DNA of 57,055 nt from Gammaproteobacteria bacterium. Its GTDB lineage: Bacteria > Pseudomonadota > Gammaproteobacteria > WOZS01. Below the pieces are notes generated by a model, which did no database searches, was not told where the DNA came from, and worked only from the letters and a program-made list of their open reading frames with translations. The DNA lies in contig WOZS01000040.1 of assembly GCA_011620135.1 (NCBI GenBank), forward strand, positions 5,341 through 62,395. Direction: 5' to 3'. Both the position numbers and the translations under genes were made by a program. Positions within the stretch are counted from its first letter, which is position 1, and every line of letters starts with the position of its first letter. Positions 42,047-51,629 of the stretch are shown piece by piece.

Positions 42047-44383
42047 ATGACTGACCTTGTCATCGTTGAATCCCCCACCAAGGCACGGACCATCCAGAAG
42101 GTACTGGGTTCCGACTACCGGGTGCTGGCCTGCTTTGGCCATGTGCGCGACCTCCTGCCCAAGGAAGGAGCCGTTGACCCGGAGCATGGCTTTGCCTTGC
42201 ATTATGTGGCCAAGGAAGAAAGCGAGCGCCACATGCAGGCCATCGCCAAGGCCATGCGTGGCGCCAAGACCCTCTTTCTTGCCACGGACCCGGACCGGGA
42301 AGGCGAGGCCATCGCCTGGCATCTCCTGGAGCTGCTCAAGGAGCATGGTGATCTGAGCGATCAGGAAGCCCAGCGCATCGTGTTCCATGAGATCACCGAG
42401 CGGGCCATTCGTGAGGCCATGATGCATCCGCGGGCCATCTCGGAGAATCTGGTCAACGCTCAGCAGGCCAGGCGCGCACTGGACTACCTTGTGGGCTTCA
42501 ATCTTTCGCCACTGCTGTGGCGCAAGGTGCGCAGGGGACTTTCCGCAGGCCGGGTGCAAAGCCCGGCGCTGCGGCTGATCACCGAGCGCGAGGCCGAGAT
42601 CGCTGCCTTCGTGGCTCGGCCTTATTGGACCATCTGGGCCCATTCCCGCAAGGACGGCCAGGACTTCCGGGCGCGCCTGGTGCGCTACCGGGATGCCAAG
42701 GTGGAACAGTTCACCTTTGCCGAGCAGCAGCAGGTCGATGTCGCCTGTGAGGCCATTGCCGACGATGCCCAGGGTAGCCTGGTGGTCAGCCAGGTGACGG
42801 AAAAGAGCCGGCGTCGCCAGCCCCCACCCCCCTTCATCACCTCCACGTTGCAGCAGGAGGCCGCCCGGCAATTGGGTTTCACGACGCGGCGCACCATGCA
42901 GGTGGCCCAACAACTCTATGAAGGGATCGCCGTGGGCGGCGGCGAGCCGGTGGGACTCATCACGTACATGCGTACCGATTCGGTGCGGCTGGCCAGCGAA
43001 GCGGTGAGTGACATCCGGCAATACATTCGCAAGCGCTTCGGCGCCGGGAACCTGCCCGAGAAGGCAAGAGTCTTTCGCTCCAAGTCCAAGAACGCCCAGG
43101 AGGCCCACGAGGCCATCCGCCCCAGCGCAGTGGAACGCGAGCCCCAGGCCATCGCCGCTCACCTGAGCGGTGATCAGGCGCGGCTCTATGAGCTCATCTG
43201 GAAGCGTGCCGTGGCCTGCCAGATGCGCGAGGCGCTTTACGATACCGTCAGCGCCGAGCTGGATGCGGGTCCTGCCCATGGCTTCAGGGCCACTGGCTCT
43301 GTGCTCAGGGAACCGGGTTACCTGGCTCTCTACCAGGAAGCCCGGGACGAGGATGCTGCAGACGATGAGTCCATGAAAGCCCTGCCCCCACTTGCCGTGG
43401 GCGACAGGCTGCCCCTGCTTGCCGTCCAGGACGAGCGCCACACCACAGAGCCCCCGCCGCGCTATACCGAGGCAAGCCTGGTCAAGGCCCTGGAAGAACG
43501 CGGCATCGGTCGCCCTTCCACCTATGCCAGCATCATCAGTACACTCAAGGACCGCGATTATGTGACGCTCAATGACAAGCGCTTCGTGCCCACGGATACA
43601 GGCGTGGTGGTGGCAGGTTTTCTGGGCAGGCATTTCGAGCGCTACGTGGACTATGCTTTCACGGCACGCATGGAGGATCAGCTCGACGCCATCGCCCGGG
43701 GCGAGGCGCTCTGGGTGCAGGTTCTCGAGCGCTTCTGGAAGAACTTCAAGCAGCAGGTGGACGACATCAACGAGCATGTCAGTCGCAAGGACGCCACCAC
43801 CGAAGCCCTGGAGGAATCCTGTCCGCAATGCGGCAAGCCCCTCCTGGTGCGCTTAGGCAAGCGGGGGCGGTTCATCGGCTGCAGCGGGTACCCCGAGTGC
43901 GGCTATACCCGCAACATGGATGGCAGCGAGCAGGCGGAGCAGGACAACAAGCCCATCGAGGGTCGGGTCTGCCCGCAATGCAAGGCGCCCTTGCTGCAGC
44001 GCACGGGGCGCTATGGGCCCTTCATCGGTTGCAGTGCCTACCCCAAGTGCCGCTATGTGGAAAAGGTGGTCGATAAGAAAGAAGACAGCGGTATCCCCTG
44101 CCCCAGCTGCCACAAGGGCACGCTGGTGCGCAAGCGGGGCCGCCAGGGGCGCAGTTTCTTTTCGTGTTCCGCCTACCCCAACTGCAAATACGCCCTGTCC
44201 TACCCGCCCGTTGCCGAACCATGCCCCCAATGTGGTGGACCCATCCTCATGCTGCGCACCACCAAGCGTCACGGCACAGAAATGGTCTGCCCCAATAAGG
44301 AATGCGGCTATGCGCGAGCTGTGCAGGGCCCGGCACCAGAGGCAGACCCCAACCAGCAACCCTCGGTTGCCTCATCGCCCTAG
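42047..44383 (+). CDS. topA: DNA topoisomerase I
   Basis: LVIVESP.KA, ATDPDREGEAIAWH, SAGRVQS, GLITYMRTDS, AQEAHEAIRP, GIGRPSTY, C-terminal C4 Zn ribbons. Confidence 0.98.
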   Translation: MTDLVIVESPTKARTIQKVLGSDYRVLACFGHVRDLLPKEGAVDPEHGFALHYVAKEESERHMQAIAKAMRGAKTLFLATDPDREGEAIAWHLLELLKEHGDLSDQEAQRIVFHEITERAIREAMMHPRAISENLVNAQQARRALDYLVGFNLSPLLWRKVRRGLSAGRVQSPALRLITEREAEIAAFVARPYWTIWAHSRKDGQDFRARLVRYRDAKVEQFTFAEQQQVDVACEAIADDAQGSLVVSQVTEKSRRRQPPPPFITSTLQQEAARQLGFTTRRTMQVAQQLYEGIAVGGGEPVGLITYMRTDSVRLASEAVSDIRQYIRKRFGAGNLPEKARVFRSKSKNAQEAHEAIRPSAVEREPQAIAAHLSGDQARLYELIWKRAVACQMREALYDTVSAELDAGPAHGFRATGSVLREPGYLALYQEARDEDAADDESMKALPPLAVGDRLPLLAVQDERHTTEPPPRYTEASLVKALEERGIGRPSTYASIISTLKDRDYVTLNDKRFVPTDTGVVVAGFLGRHFERYVDYAFTARMEDQLDAIARGEALWVQVLERFWKNFKQQVDDINEHVSRKDATTEALEESCPQCGKPLLVRLGKRGRFIGCSGYPECGYTRNMDGSEQAEQDNKPIEGRVCPQCKAPLLQRTGRYGPFIGCSAYPKCRYVEKVVDKKEDSGIPCPSCHKGTLVRKRGRQGRSFFSCSAYPNCKYALSYPPVAEPCPQCGGPILMLRTTKRHGTEMVCPNKECGYARAVQGPAPEADPNQQPSVASSP

Positions 44384-44385
44384 CC

Positions 44386-44976
44386 ATGGTGAGCGCGCTG
44401 AGCCTGCGCCGGGCAGTCCGTCAGCTGCATCGTGGCGGGCTGGTGGCCTATCCCACGGAAGCTGTCTATGGCCTGGGCTGCGATCCCGCACGAGCCGCTG
44501 CCCTCCAACGGCTCCTGGAACTCAAGGGGCGTGCTGCCCACAAGGGCTTCATCGTCATCGCCAGCCGCCTGGCCTGGCTCGAGGAATTGGTGATCCTGCC
44601 GCGCGATGCCATGCGCCAGGTCATTCTCGACAGCTGGCCAGGCCCTGTCACCTGGGTGTTGCCGGCACGCCCCGGCCTGCCAGGACTGTTGACCGGTGGT
44701 CGCGCCACGCTGGCCGTGCGGCACACCGCCCATCCCATCGCAGCAGCCCTCAGCGAGGGTGCCGGCATGGCGCTGGTGGCCAGCAGCGCCAACCCCAGCA
44801 AGCGTCCCCCGGCGCGCAGCGCCTTGCGGGTGCGCCGTTTTTTCAGGAACAATGAGTTGTTCATCCTCGGCGGGGCGGTGGGCAGCCTGCCTGCCCCAAC
44901 ACAGATCCGGCATGGGGCCACGGGTGCCGTCCTGCGTCCCGCCTGCCATACAGACCAGGAGCAAGATAACCCATGA
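44386..44976 (+). CDS. tsaC: L-threonylcarbamoyladenylate synthase (Sua5/YrdC)
   Basis: [19 protein letters not shown]...KG, WPGPVT, LAVR, SSAN. Confidence 0.93.
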   Translation: MVSALSLRRAVRQLHRGGLVAYPTEAVYGLGCDPARAAALQRLLELKGRAAHKGFIVIASRLAWLEELVILPRDAMRQVILDSWPGPVTWVLPARPGLPGLLTGGRATLAVRHTAHPIAAALSEGAGMALVASSANPSKRPPARSALRVRRFFRNNELFILGGAVGSLPAPTQIRHGATGAVLRPACHTDQEQDNP

Positions 44977-45911
44977 TATGGCAAGACGATTGGGCCGATG
45001 CCTTTGCGATGGAACTGCGCCAGCTGCAGGCCCGCATCACAGCGGCCCTGGAAGCGCTGGATGGCGCCAGGCGTTTCCTGGTGGACGACTGGCAGCGCGA
45101 GGCAGGTGGCGGCGGGCGCACCTGCGTGCTCTCGGAAGGAGCACTCTTCGAGCAGGCCGGCGTCAACTTTTCCGATGTTCATGGCGGCATACTGCCGACT
45201 TCGGCCTCGGCGCGGCACCCCGATCTGGGTGGTGCCCCATTTCGCGCCATGGGGGTCTCGCTGGTGATCCATCCCCGCAGCCCGCGCATCCCCACCAGCC
45301 ACGCCAACGTCCGCCTCATCATGGCTCACGGCAAGGCAGGCAGCCGCTGGTGGTTCGGGGGCGGCTTCGACCTGACTCCCTATGTGCCTTGCCTCGAGGA
45401 TGCCATATCCTGGCACAGGAAGGCCAAGGCAGCCTGTGAGATCCTGGGACCCCAGGCCTATGACAGCTACAAGGCCTGGTGTGATGAATACTTCACCATC
45501 CGCCATCGCGGCGAGACCCGGGGCATTGGCGGCATCTTCTTCGACGATCTTGACCAGCCAGACTTTGCCACCTGTAAAACCTTCACCCTGGGCGTGGGCC
45601 AGGCCTACCTCGACGCTTACGTGCCCATCGTGGAGCGCCACCGGGATGAGCCCCATACCGAACAGGAGCGGCTTTTCCAGCTCTACCGGCGTGGCCGCTA
45701 TGTGGAGTTCAACCTGCTCTACGACCGCGGCACCCGCTTCGGCCTGGAGTCGGGTGGCCGCACCGAGTCCATCCTCATGTCGCTGCCGCCGCTGGCGCGC
45801 TGGGGTTACCAGTGGCAGCCCGAGCCAGGCTCCCCACAGGAAACACTGCTGCGCGACTTCCTGCGCCCCCGAGACTGGCTTGGGGAAGCTGGAGCAAACA
45901 CCCATGAATAA
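44973..45911 (+). CDS. hemF: Oxygen-dependent coproporphyrinogen III oxidase
   Basis: [69 protein letters not shown]. Confidence 0.97.
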   Translation: MIWQDDWADAFAMELRQLQARITAALEALDGARRFLVDDWQREAGGGGRTCVLSEGALFEQAGVNFSDVHGGILPTSASARHPDLGGAPFRAMGVSLVIHPRSPRIPTSHANVRLIMAHGKAGSRWWFGGGFDLTPYVPCLEDAISWHRKAKAACEILGPQAYDSYKAWCDEYFTIRHRGETRGIGGIFFDDLDQPDFATCKTFTLGVGQAYLDAYVPIVERHRDEPHTEQERLFQLYRRGRYVEFNLLYDRGTRFGLESGGRTESILMSLPPLARWGYQWQPEPGSPQETLLRDFLRPRDWLGEAGANTHE

Positions 45912-45959
45912 CGTGCGATCAGCCCACAAAGCCAAAGCTTAAAAAGGAGAGATACCCCA

Positions 45960-46616
45960 TTGACCATGCATGTTTCACTGAACGACGGTCGCAAGGAGCC
46001 CATCGGGCGCATCTTTTGTGTCGGCAAGAACTACGTCGAGCACATCAAGGAGATCGATGCCGTCCTGCCCGATGGCCTGCTGGTGTTCATGAAATCACCC
46101 CTGTGCCTCGTCGAGGCGGGGCAAGCCATCCTGCTGCCCAGGGACCAGGGGGCAGTGCATCACGAGCTGGAACTGGTGCTTGCCATCGGCACAGCAGGCC
46201 ACCATATCAGCCCTGAGCGGGCCGAAGACCATGTGGCCGCCATCACGCTGGGCATCGATCTGACGCTGCGTGATCTGCAGATGGAGCTGCGCAGGAAAGC
46301 CTGGCCATGGGAGCCTTGCAAGAGCTTCGAACACAGCGCCCCCCTGGGCGTGTTTGCTCCCTACCGCAGGGGCTGGCTGGATGAAGGCATCGCCATGACG
46401 CTGCATGTCAATGGCACGCAGCGCCAACAGGCCAGCACCAGGGAGATGATGCAGGGCCCCTGGGCCATCATCAGCACGCTCAGCGCCACCTGGCAACTGC
46501 GTCCTGGGGATCTCATCTTCACCGGCAGCCCTGCCGGTGTCGGCCCCCTGGAGCCTGGCGACCAGGTCACCATCGCAGCCCCTGGCATCGGCCAGTTCAG
46601 CTGGCCTTGCACCTGA
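45960..46616 (+). CDS. Fumarylacetoacetate hydrolase family protein
   Basis: IFCVGKNY.EH..E, FMK, HHELEL, DLTLRDLQ, K.F, L.PGDLIFTG.PAGVG; TTG 45960 or ATG 45966. Confidence 0.93.
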   Translation: MTMHVSLNDGRKEPIGRIFCVGKNYVEHIKEIDAVLPDGLLVFMKSPLCLVEAGQAILLPRDQGAVHHELELVLAIGTAGHHISPERAEDHVAAITLGIDLTLRDLQMELRRKAWPWEPCKSFEHSAPLGVFAPYRRGWLDEGIAMTLHVNGTQRQQASTREMMQGPWAIISTLSATWQLRPGDLIFTGSPAGVGPLEPGDQVTIAAPGIGQFSWPCT

Positions 46617-46660
46617 TGGCCGGAGCGCAAAAGCATGTATACTGGTGACGGGGTTTCCCA

Positions 46661-47152
46661 ATGCAGGAGAATGCAGTGAACAAGCGTGCCGCGGCCATGG
46701 TGTCCCTTGGCAGTCTCGTTCTTTCCATCGCCAGCGGCTGTGCCCGGCACGATGCCCCGGAACTGCTGCTGGAGTCCCAGGGCGACCCTGTCAAGCCTTC
46801 CCCGTTTTACGATGACCCGCATCTGCGTCATCGCGTCTATATCAATCCCAATGTCTTCCAGATGCAGTTTGGCGACAAGGTGCGCTTGAACCTGCCCGAT
46901 GGCCGCAACTACCTGGTGGTGCGCCAGCCACCGCAAGAACAAGAAGGCGGCGCCCAAGCTGCCCCAGGCGAGGCGCAGCGCTGGGAAGGCGTCATTCATG
47001 AGCCCCAGGGCACAGGCAAGGCGGTTCTGGAAAGCAAGAAGGGCAGCCTCTCGGGGGTGATCAGCACCCCAACAGGAAAATACCGCATCGTGCCCGAGCC
47101 CAACGGCGGCCGCTTGATCGAGGTTGCTCCGGAGGAAAAAGACGCACAATGA
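46661..47152 (+). CDS. Hypothetical lipoprotein resembling a metalloprotease propeptide domain
   Basis: Lipobox ASGC; LNLPDG...W.G...G.A.L....GSLSG.I.T..G.Y.I.P pattern; start uncertain. Confidence 0.65.
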   Translation: MQENAVNKRAAAMVSLGSLVLSIASGCARHDAPELLLESQGDPVKPSPFYDDPHLRHRVYINPNVFQMQFGDKVRLNLPDGRNYLVVRQPPQEQEGGAQAAPGEAQRWEGVIHEPQGTGKAVLESKKGSLSGVISTPTGKYRIVPEPNGGRLIEVAPEEKDAQ

Positions 47153-47189
47153 GAGCAGCGCATCTCGTCGACATAGACCAGGAGGAACC

Positions 47190-48692
47190 ATGACCATCAA
47201 GCGCCGCGACATGCTGGCGGGCCTTGGTCTGGGAGTGGCTGGTGCCGCTGTGGGCGGTCGCATGGGCCATGGACGGAACCTGTTCCTGCGACCCATCCCC
47301 GGCACGAAGCCACGCAGTGTGGTCTTCATCCTCAGCGACGATCATCGCTACGACTTCATGGGGTTTCTGGGCAAGCCCAGCTTTTTGCGCACGCCGCACA
47401 TGGACCGCCTGGCTACAGAAGGGGCCCATGTGCAAAACGCCTTTGTACAAACCGCATTGTGCTCTCCCAGCCGGGCCACCATCCTGACTGGGCAGATCTC
47501 CAACCGCCACGGCGTGGTCAATAACCAGTCCCCGGAATCCCCCGATCTGATCTTCTTTCCCCAGTACCTGCAGCATGCCGGTTTCCATACCGCCTTCATC
47601 GGCAAGTGGCACATGGGCGAGGACGAGGCCAGCGACAAGCCGCGTCGTGGTTTCGACCACTGGGTGAGCTTCAAGGGCCAAGGCGTCTACTTCGACCCCG
47701 AGCTCAACATCGATGGCCAGGTGACCACGGTGCCGGGCTATATCACCGACATCCTGACGGAGTATGCCTTGCAGTGGCTCCAGCGGCAAGACAGCCAGCA
47801 GCCCTTCTTTCTCTACCTCTCCCACAAGGCGCCTCACAACAACAACGACATCACCGGCGGCCCCAGGTACGATGGTGTCTATGGCGATGCGCCGGTGGAA
47901 TATCCGCCCACCATGGCGAACACGGCAGAAAATTACCGCGGCAAGCCGGCCTGGGTGCGCGCCCAGCGCAACAGTTGGCACGGCGTGGACTATGCCTACT
48001 ATGGCGGCATGAGCTTCGAGACCCTCTACAGAAAATATTGCGAGTCGCTGCTGGGCATCGATGAGAGCATCGGACGGATCATGGACCAGCTGGAAAGCAT
48101 GGGGCTTGCCGACTCCACCATGGTGATCTACATGGGCGACAACGGCTTTTGCCTCGGCGAACATGGCCTGATCGACAAGCGGCACATGTATGAGGAGTCC
48201 GCCCGGGTACCGCTGGTGATCCGCTGCCCGCAACTGATCGCCCCAGGCACCAGGGTGACCCAGCTCGTCCAGAACACCGACATGGCCGAGACCATCCTCG
48301 AGACCTGCGGCCTCCAGCCGCCGGATACCATGGACGGCATGTCCTTCCTGCCCTTGCTGCGCGGTGCCACCATCCCCTGGCGCGACCGGCTCTACTATCA
48401 ATATTTCTGGGAGTGGAACTTTCCCATGACGCCGACTGTCCTCGGCCTGCGCACCGACCAGTATGCCTACATGCACTACCTGGGCATCTGGGACATCGAC
48501 GAGCTCTACGACATGGCCGACCCCATGGAAACCAACAACCTCATCGAGGCCCCCGAGCACCAGGACCGCATCGCCCAGTTTCGCCACGACATCTACGACT
48601 GGCTGGGCCGCAACGGCGGGCTGCGCATCCCCTTGTTCGAGCCATCCGGCGTGCGCCGTGCCGACCACGGCGGCAGCCAGGCGCCTGGGTGA
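47190..48692 (+). CDS. Tat-exported Cys-type (formylglycine) sulfatase, N-acetylglucosamine-6-sulfatase-like
   Basis: KRRDML Tat signal, FILSDDHR, CSPSRATILTG, IGKWH, SHKAPH, GDNG..LGEHGL.DKR..YEES.RVP; GGAGG RBS. Confidence 0.93.
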   Translation: MTIKRRDMLAGLGLGVAGAAVGGRMGHGRNLFLRPIPGTKPRSVVFILSDDHRYDFMGFLGKPSFLRTPHMDRLATEGAHVQNAFVQTALCSPSRATILTGQISNRHGVVNNQSPESPDLIFFPQYLQHAGFHTAFIGKWHMGEDEASDKPRRGFDHWVSFKGQGVYFDPELNIDGQVTTVPGYITDILTEYALQWLQRQDSQQPFFLYLSHKAPHNNNDITGGPRYDGVYGDAPVEYPPTMANTAENYRGKPAWVRAQRNSWHGVDYAYYGGMSFETLYRKYCESLLGIDESIGRIMDQLESMGLADSTMVIYMGDNGFCLGEHGLIDKRHMYEESARVPLVIRCPQLIAPGTRVTQLVQNTDMAETILETCGLQPPDTMDGMSFLPLLRGATIPWRDRLYYQYFWEWNFPMTPTVLGLRTDQYAYMHYLGIWDIDELYDMADPMETNNLIEAPEHQDRIAQFRHDIYDWLGRNGGLRIPLFEPSGVRRADHGGSQAPG

Positions 48693-48725
48693 CCATCACC
48701 CGAGGCGGGAGTCGCAGCGCTGGCC

Positions 48726-49142
48726 TCAGGCCGGTGCGAAGCGCGGCAGGGCGGCTCCCTCGCCTGCGGCATGGAATACCACGGCCACCCGCTGGCCGAT
48801 GGCCAGGGCTTCTGGATTGTTGGTGACGATGTTGGTGAGCATGGTGGGGCCTTCATCCAGCGTCACGTAGGCGAGCACGAAAGGCGTGGCCCTGGCATAG
48901 TCCCCGCCAGCACGGCGGGTGATGGTGAAGGTGTAGATGCTGCCCTGGCCCTTGCTCTCGAACCAGGTGGTGGCAGCACTCATGCAGAAGGGGCAGATGG
49001 CTCTTGGGTAATAATGCAGCTCGCCACATTCCTCGCAGCGCTTGAGCAAGAGCCTGCCCTGGGCGCAGGCTTCCCAGAAGGGCTTGGTCTCGGGGTTGAT
49101 CTCCGGCATGGGTGCTGGCAGCGTGGCTACAGGCTCGTTCAT
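48726..49142 (-). CDS. DUF35 Zn-ribbon/OB-fold protein
   Basis: PFWE, C..CG....YPR..CP.C, G.G.IYTFT, PFVLAYV.LDEGP.M.TNIV, IG.RV.V.F. Confidence 0.93.
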   Translation of the reverse strand: MNEPVATLPAPMPEINPETKPFWEACAQGRLLLKRCEECGELHYYPRAICPFCMSAATTWFESKGQGSIYTFTITRRAGGDYARATPFVLAYVTLDEGPTMLTNIVTNNPEALAIGQRVAVVFHAAGEGAALPRFAPA

Positions 49143-50314
49143 GCGTTCTCCTTGCCGAGAATGACCGTGGCACTGCCCATGCGGGTGCCGATGGAACCAC
49201 CTGTACCGTGGGCCAGCGCCAGCTGGCAGTCCTTGACCTGCACGGCAGGGTGCGCCTCGCCACGCACCTGGCGCACCGCCTCGATGACCTTGGTCATGCC
49301 GCCTCTATTGGCCGGATGGTTGTTGCACAGGCCGCCACCGTCGGTATTCCAGGGGAGCTTGCCATGGGGCGCGCGCAGATTGCCTTCTGCCACGAACGGG
49401 CCGCCCTGGCCCCTGGGGCAGAAACCCAGATCCTCGATGGTTTCCAGCACGGTGATGGTAAAAGAATCGTAAATTGAAGCGTAGTCGATGTCCTGTGGGG
49501 TGACTCGGGCCTCTGCGAAGGCCCGCGGCCCGGAAAAGCGTGCTCCTGTATAGGTGAGATCCACCCGGCCGCCCATGAGATGCTTGGGCGCCTCGCCATG
49601 GCCGAGGATCTTGACCCCTTCCCGCCTGAGGCTTTTTTTGACCGCCTCGCTCACCACCACCAGCGCCCCGCCGCCATCGGAGATCACGCAGCAGTCCATG
49701 AGATGCAAAGGATCGCTCACCAGGGGCGAGGCCAGCACGTCCTCCACGGTGAGCAGCTTGCGCACCATGGCGTTGGGGTTGTGCATGGCATGAGCCGCGG
49801 CTGTGACTTTGATGGCCGCAAGCTGCGCACTGGTGGTGCCATACTCGTGCATGTGGCGCCGGGCGGCCATGGCATACATGCCCACCACGGTGATGCCAAA
49901 GACGTTCTCGAAGCCCGTCTCCGGGGCGCTCAGGAAATAAGGCCGCACGCCGGTGCCGGTCTGCATGCCCTCGGCCCGGGGCCGCCCGGCCAGTGTGATC
50001 AGCGCCACATGGCACTTGCCGGTGGCGATGGCCGCCGCGGCATGACCCACATGGGTTACATAGGACGAGCCGCCGGTCTCGGTGGAGTCCATCCAGGACA
50101 GCTTGAGGCCCATGTAGTCGGCCATGGAGATGACCCCCATGCCCGGGGCATCGCCTGCGGAAAAGTAGGCATCCACGTCGTTCTTGGACAAGCCGGCATC
50201 CGCAAGCGCTCCTTTGGCCACCTCGGCATGGAGCTGTGCCAACGAGTGGTGCGGCGCAACGCGCAGCGGATGCTCGTAGGCGCCGACGATATAGGCTTTG
50301 CCGCGAATGCTCAT
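49139..50314 (-). CDS. Thiolase-superfamily protein (SCP-x/lipid-transfer-protein type)
   Basis: A.RHMHEYG, NPNA, DCC..SDGGGA, IYDSFT, EDLGFC..G.GG, NTDGGGL, EAVRQ.RG; ATGA overlap with the DUF35 gene. Confidence 0.92.
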   Translation of the reverse strand: MSIRGKAYIVGAYEHPLRVAPHHSLAQLHAEVAKGALADAGLSKNDVDAYFSAGDAPGMGVISMADYMGLKLSWMDSTETGGSSYVTHVGHAAAAIATGKCHVALITLAGRPRAEGMQTGTGVRPYFLSAPETGFENVFGITVVGMYAMAARRHMHEYGTTSAQLAAIKVTAAAHAMHNPNAMVRKLLTVEDVLASPLVSDPLHLMDCCVISDGGGALVVVSEAVKKSLRREGVKILGHGEAPKHLMGGRVDLTYTGARFSGPRAFAEARVTPQDIDYASIYDSFTITVLETIEDLGFCPRGQGGPFVAEGNLRAPHGKLPWNTDGGGLCNNHPANRGGMTKVIEAVRQVRGEAHPAVQVKDCQLALAHGTGGSIGTRMGSATVILGKENA

Positions 50315-50396
50315 GCCAGCTCCTGTGGTGCCGACCCCGGACCCTGATGTCGGCTTTTATTATAGAAGGCGCCTGGCCACAAACCAGGATACGGCT

Positions 50397-51467
50397 TCAA
50401 CCTTCGGTCCTGATGAAAAAGAAGGCACTCCCCAGCAACAGGTAGACAGCCAGCAGCATGGCCCCTTCCATCCAGTGGGTCTCGCCATCCCGGGCCACCG
50501 CATTGACGGCGATGATCGAGGCGGCCAGTCCTGCCAGTTCCAGCGGGTTGTGGAAGACCAGATCCATGGGCTTGCCCAGCACCAGTCCGAGGAAGACCAG
50601 CAGGGGGGCCACCAGCAAAGCGACCTGTAGCGATGAGCCGATGGCGATCTGCACGGCAAGATCCATCTTGTCGCGCATGGCGAACTGGACCGCTGCCATG
50701 TGTTCGGCGGCGTTGCCCACCAGGGGGATCAGGACAATGCCCACGAAAAACTCGCTCAGCCCCATGGCCTCGGTGGCCACATCGAGGCTGCTCACCAGGA
50801 ACTCGGCCATCACCGCCACACCGGCTGTGGCCGCCACCAGGATACCTGCCGCAAACCCCATGCCCCAGCTGGGTTCATGATGCTGTCCATCGTCGGCATC
50901 ACCCAGCATCCGGCGATGGGTCAGCAGAGCAAAGACCAGGTTGGCGGCATAGGCCACCACCAGCACGCAGGCCGTAGCCACGCTGAAGGCATGGCTGGGC
51001 AATCTTGGATCCACGTGATAGTAGCTGGTTTCCGTGAGCTCGAAGAAGGCCGGCAACAGCAGCGCCAGCATGGTGAGCGTGAGCATGGTGGCCTGGAGTG
51101 CCGCGCTGTCGCGGTTGAAAAACTGCCGCTCCTGCCTGATCCCACCCAGGAAGATGGCAAGACCGAACACCAAAAGCAGGTTGGAGAGGATGGAGCCCGT
51201 GATGGAGGCCTTGACCACGCCCAGTTGACCATTGCCCAGGGCAATGCCTGCAATGATGAGCTCCGCGGCATTGCCAAAGGTGGCATTGAGCAGCCCCCCC
51301 ACAGTGGCACCGGCACGCAACGCAAGCTCTTCTGTGGCCCGGCCCATCCAGCCCGCCAGCGGCAGCAGCGCCAGAGCCGAGACCACGAACAGCCACAGCC
51401 CGGGGCCCTGGGTGAACTCCAGCACGCATGCCAGCGGCACGAACACCAGCCCTATCTTGCCGATCAC
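50397..51467 (-). CDS. Ca2+/H+ antiporter (CAX/ChaA family)
   Basis: [13 protein letters not shown] and PLVGNAAEH repeats, [17 protein letters not shown]; GTG start at 51467 with GGAGG. Confidence 0.93.
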   Translation of the reverse strand: MIGKIGLVFVPLACVLEFTQGPGLWLFVVSALALLPLAGWMGRATEELALRAGATVGGLLNATFGNAAELIIAGIALGNGQLGVVKASITGSILSNLLLVFGLAIFLGGIRQERQFFNRDSAALQATMLTLTMLALLLPAFFELTETSYYHVDPRLPSHAFSVATACVLVVAYAANLVFALLTHRRMLGDADDGQHHEPSWGMGFAAGILVAATAGVAVMAEFLVSSLDVATEAMGLSEFFVGIVLIPLVGNAAEHMAAVQFAMRDKMDLAVQIAIGSSLQVALLVAPLLVFLGLVLGKPMDLVFHNPLELAGLAASIIAVNAVARDGETHWMEGAMLLAVYLLLGSAFFFIRTEG

Positions 51468-51629
51468 AGCGAGCCTCCATGAATCATCAAAACCATCAAA
51501 CGATACCCATACGACACAACCTCCCATCATGCCACAGGACGCAATCCACACAAGCTCGTCGCGGCCTTGCCGAGGCGCTGCTGGGCAACGCTCCTGGGGC
51601 ATGTATCATGTATAATTAAATGTTTCATC

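Noticed and set aside
51468-51600. Metal or fluoride riboswitch upstream of the Ca2+/H+ antiporter
   Set aside because: No yybP-ykoY or crcB consensus elements recognisable; an Rfam scan would settle it.
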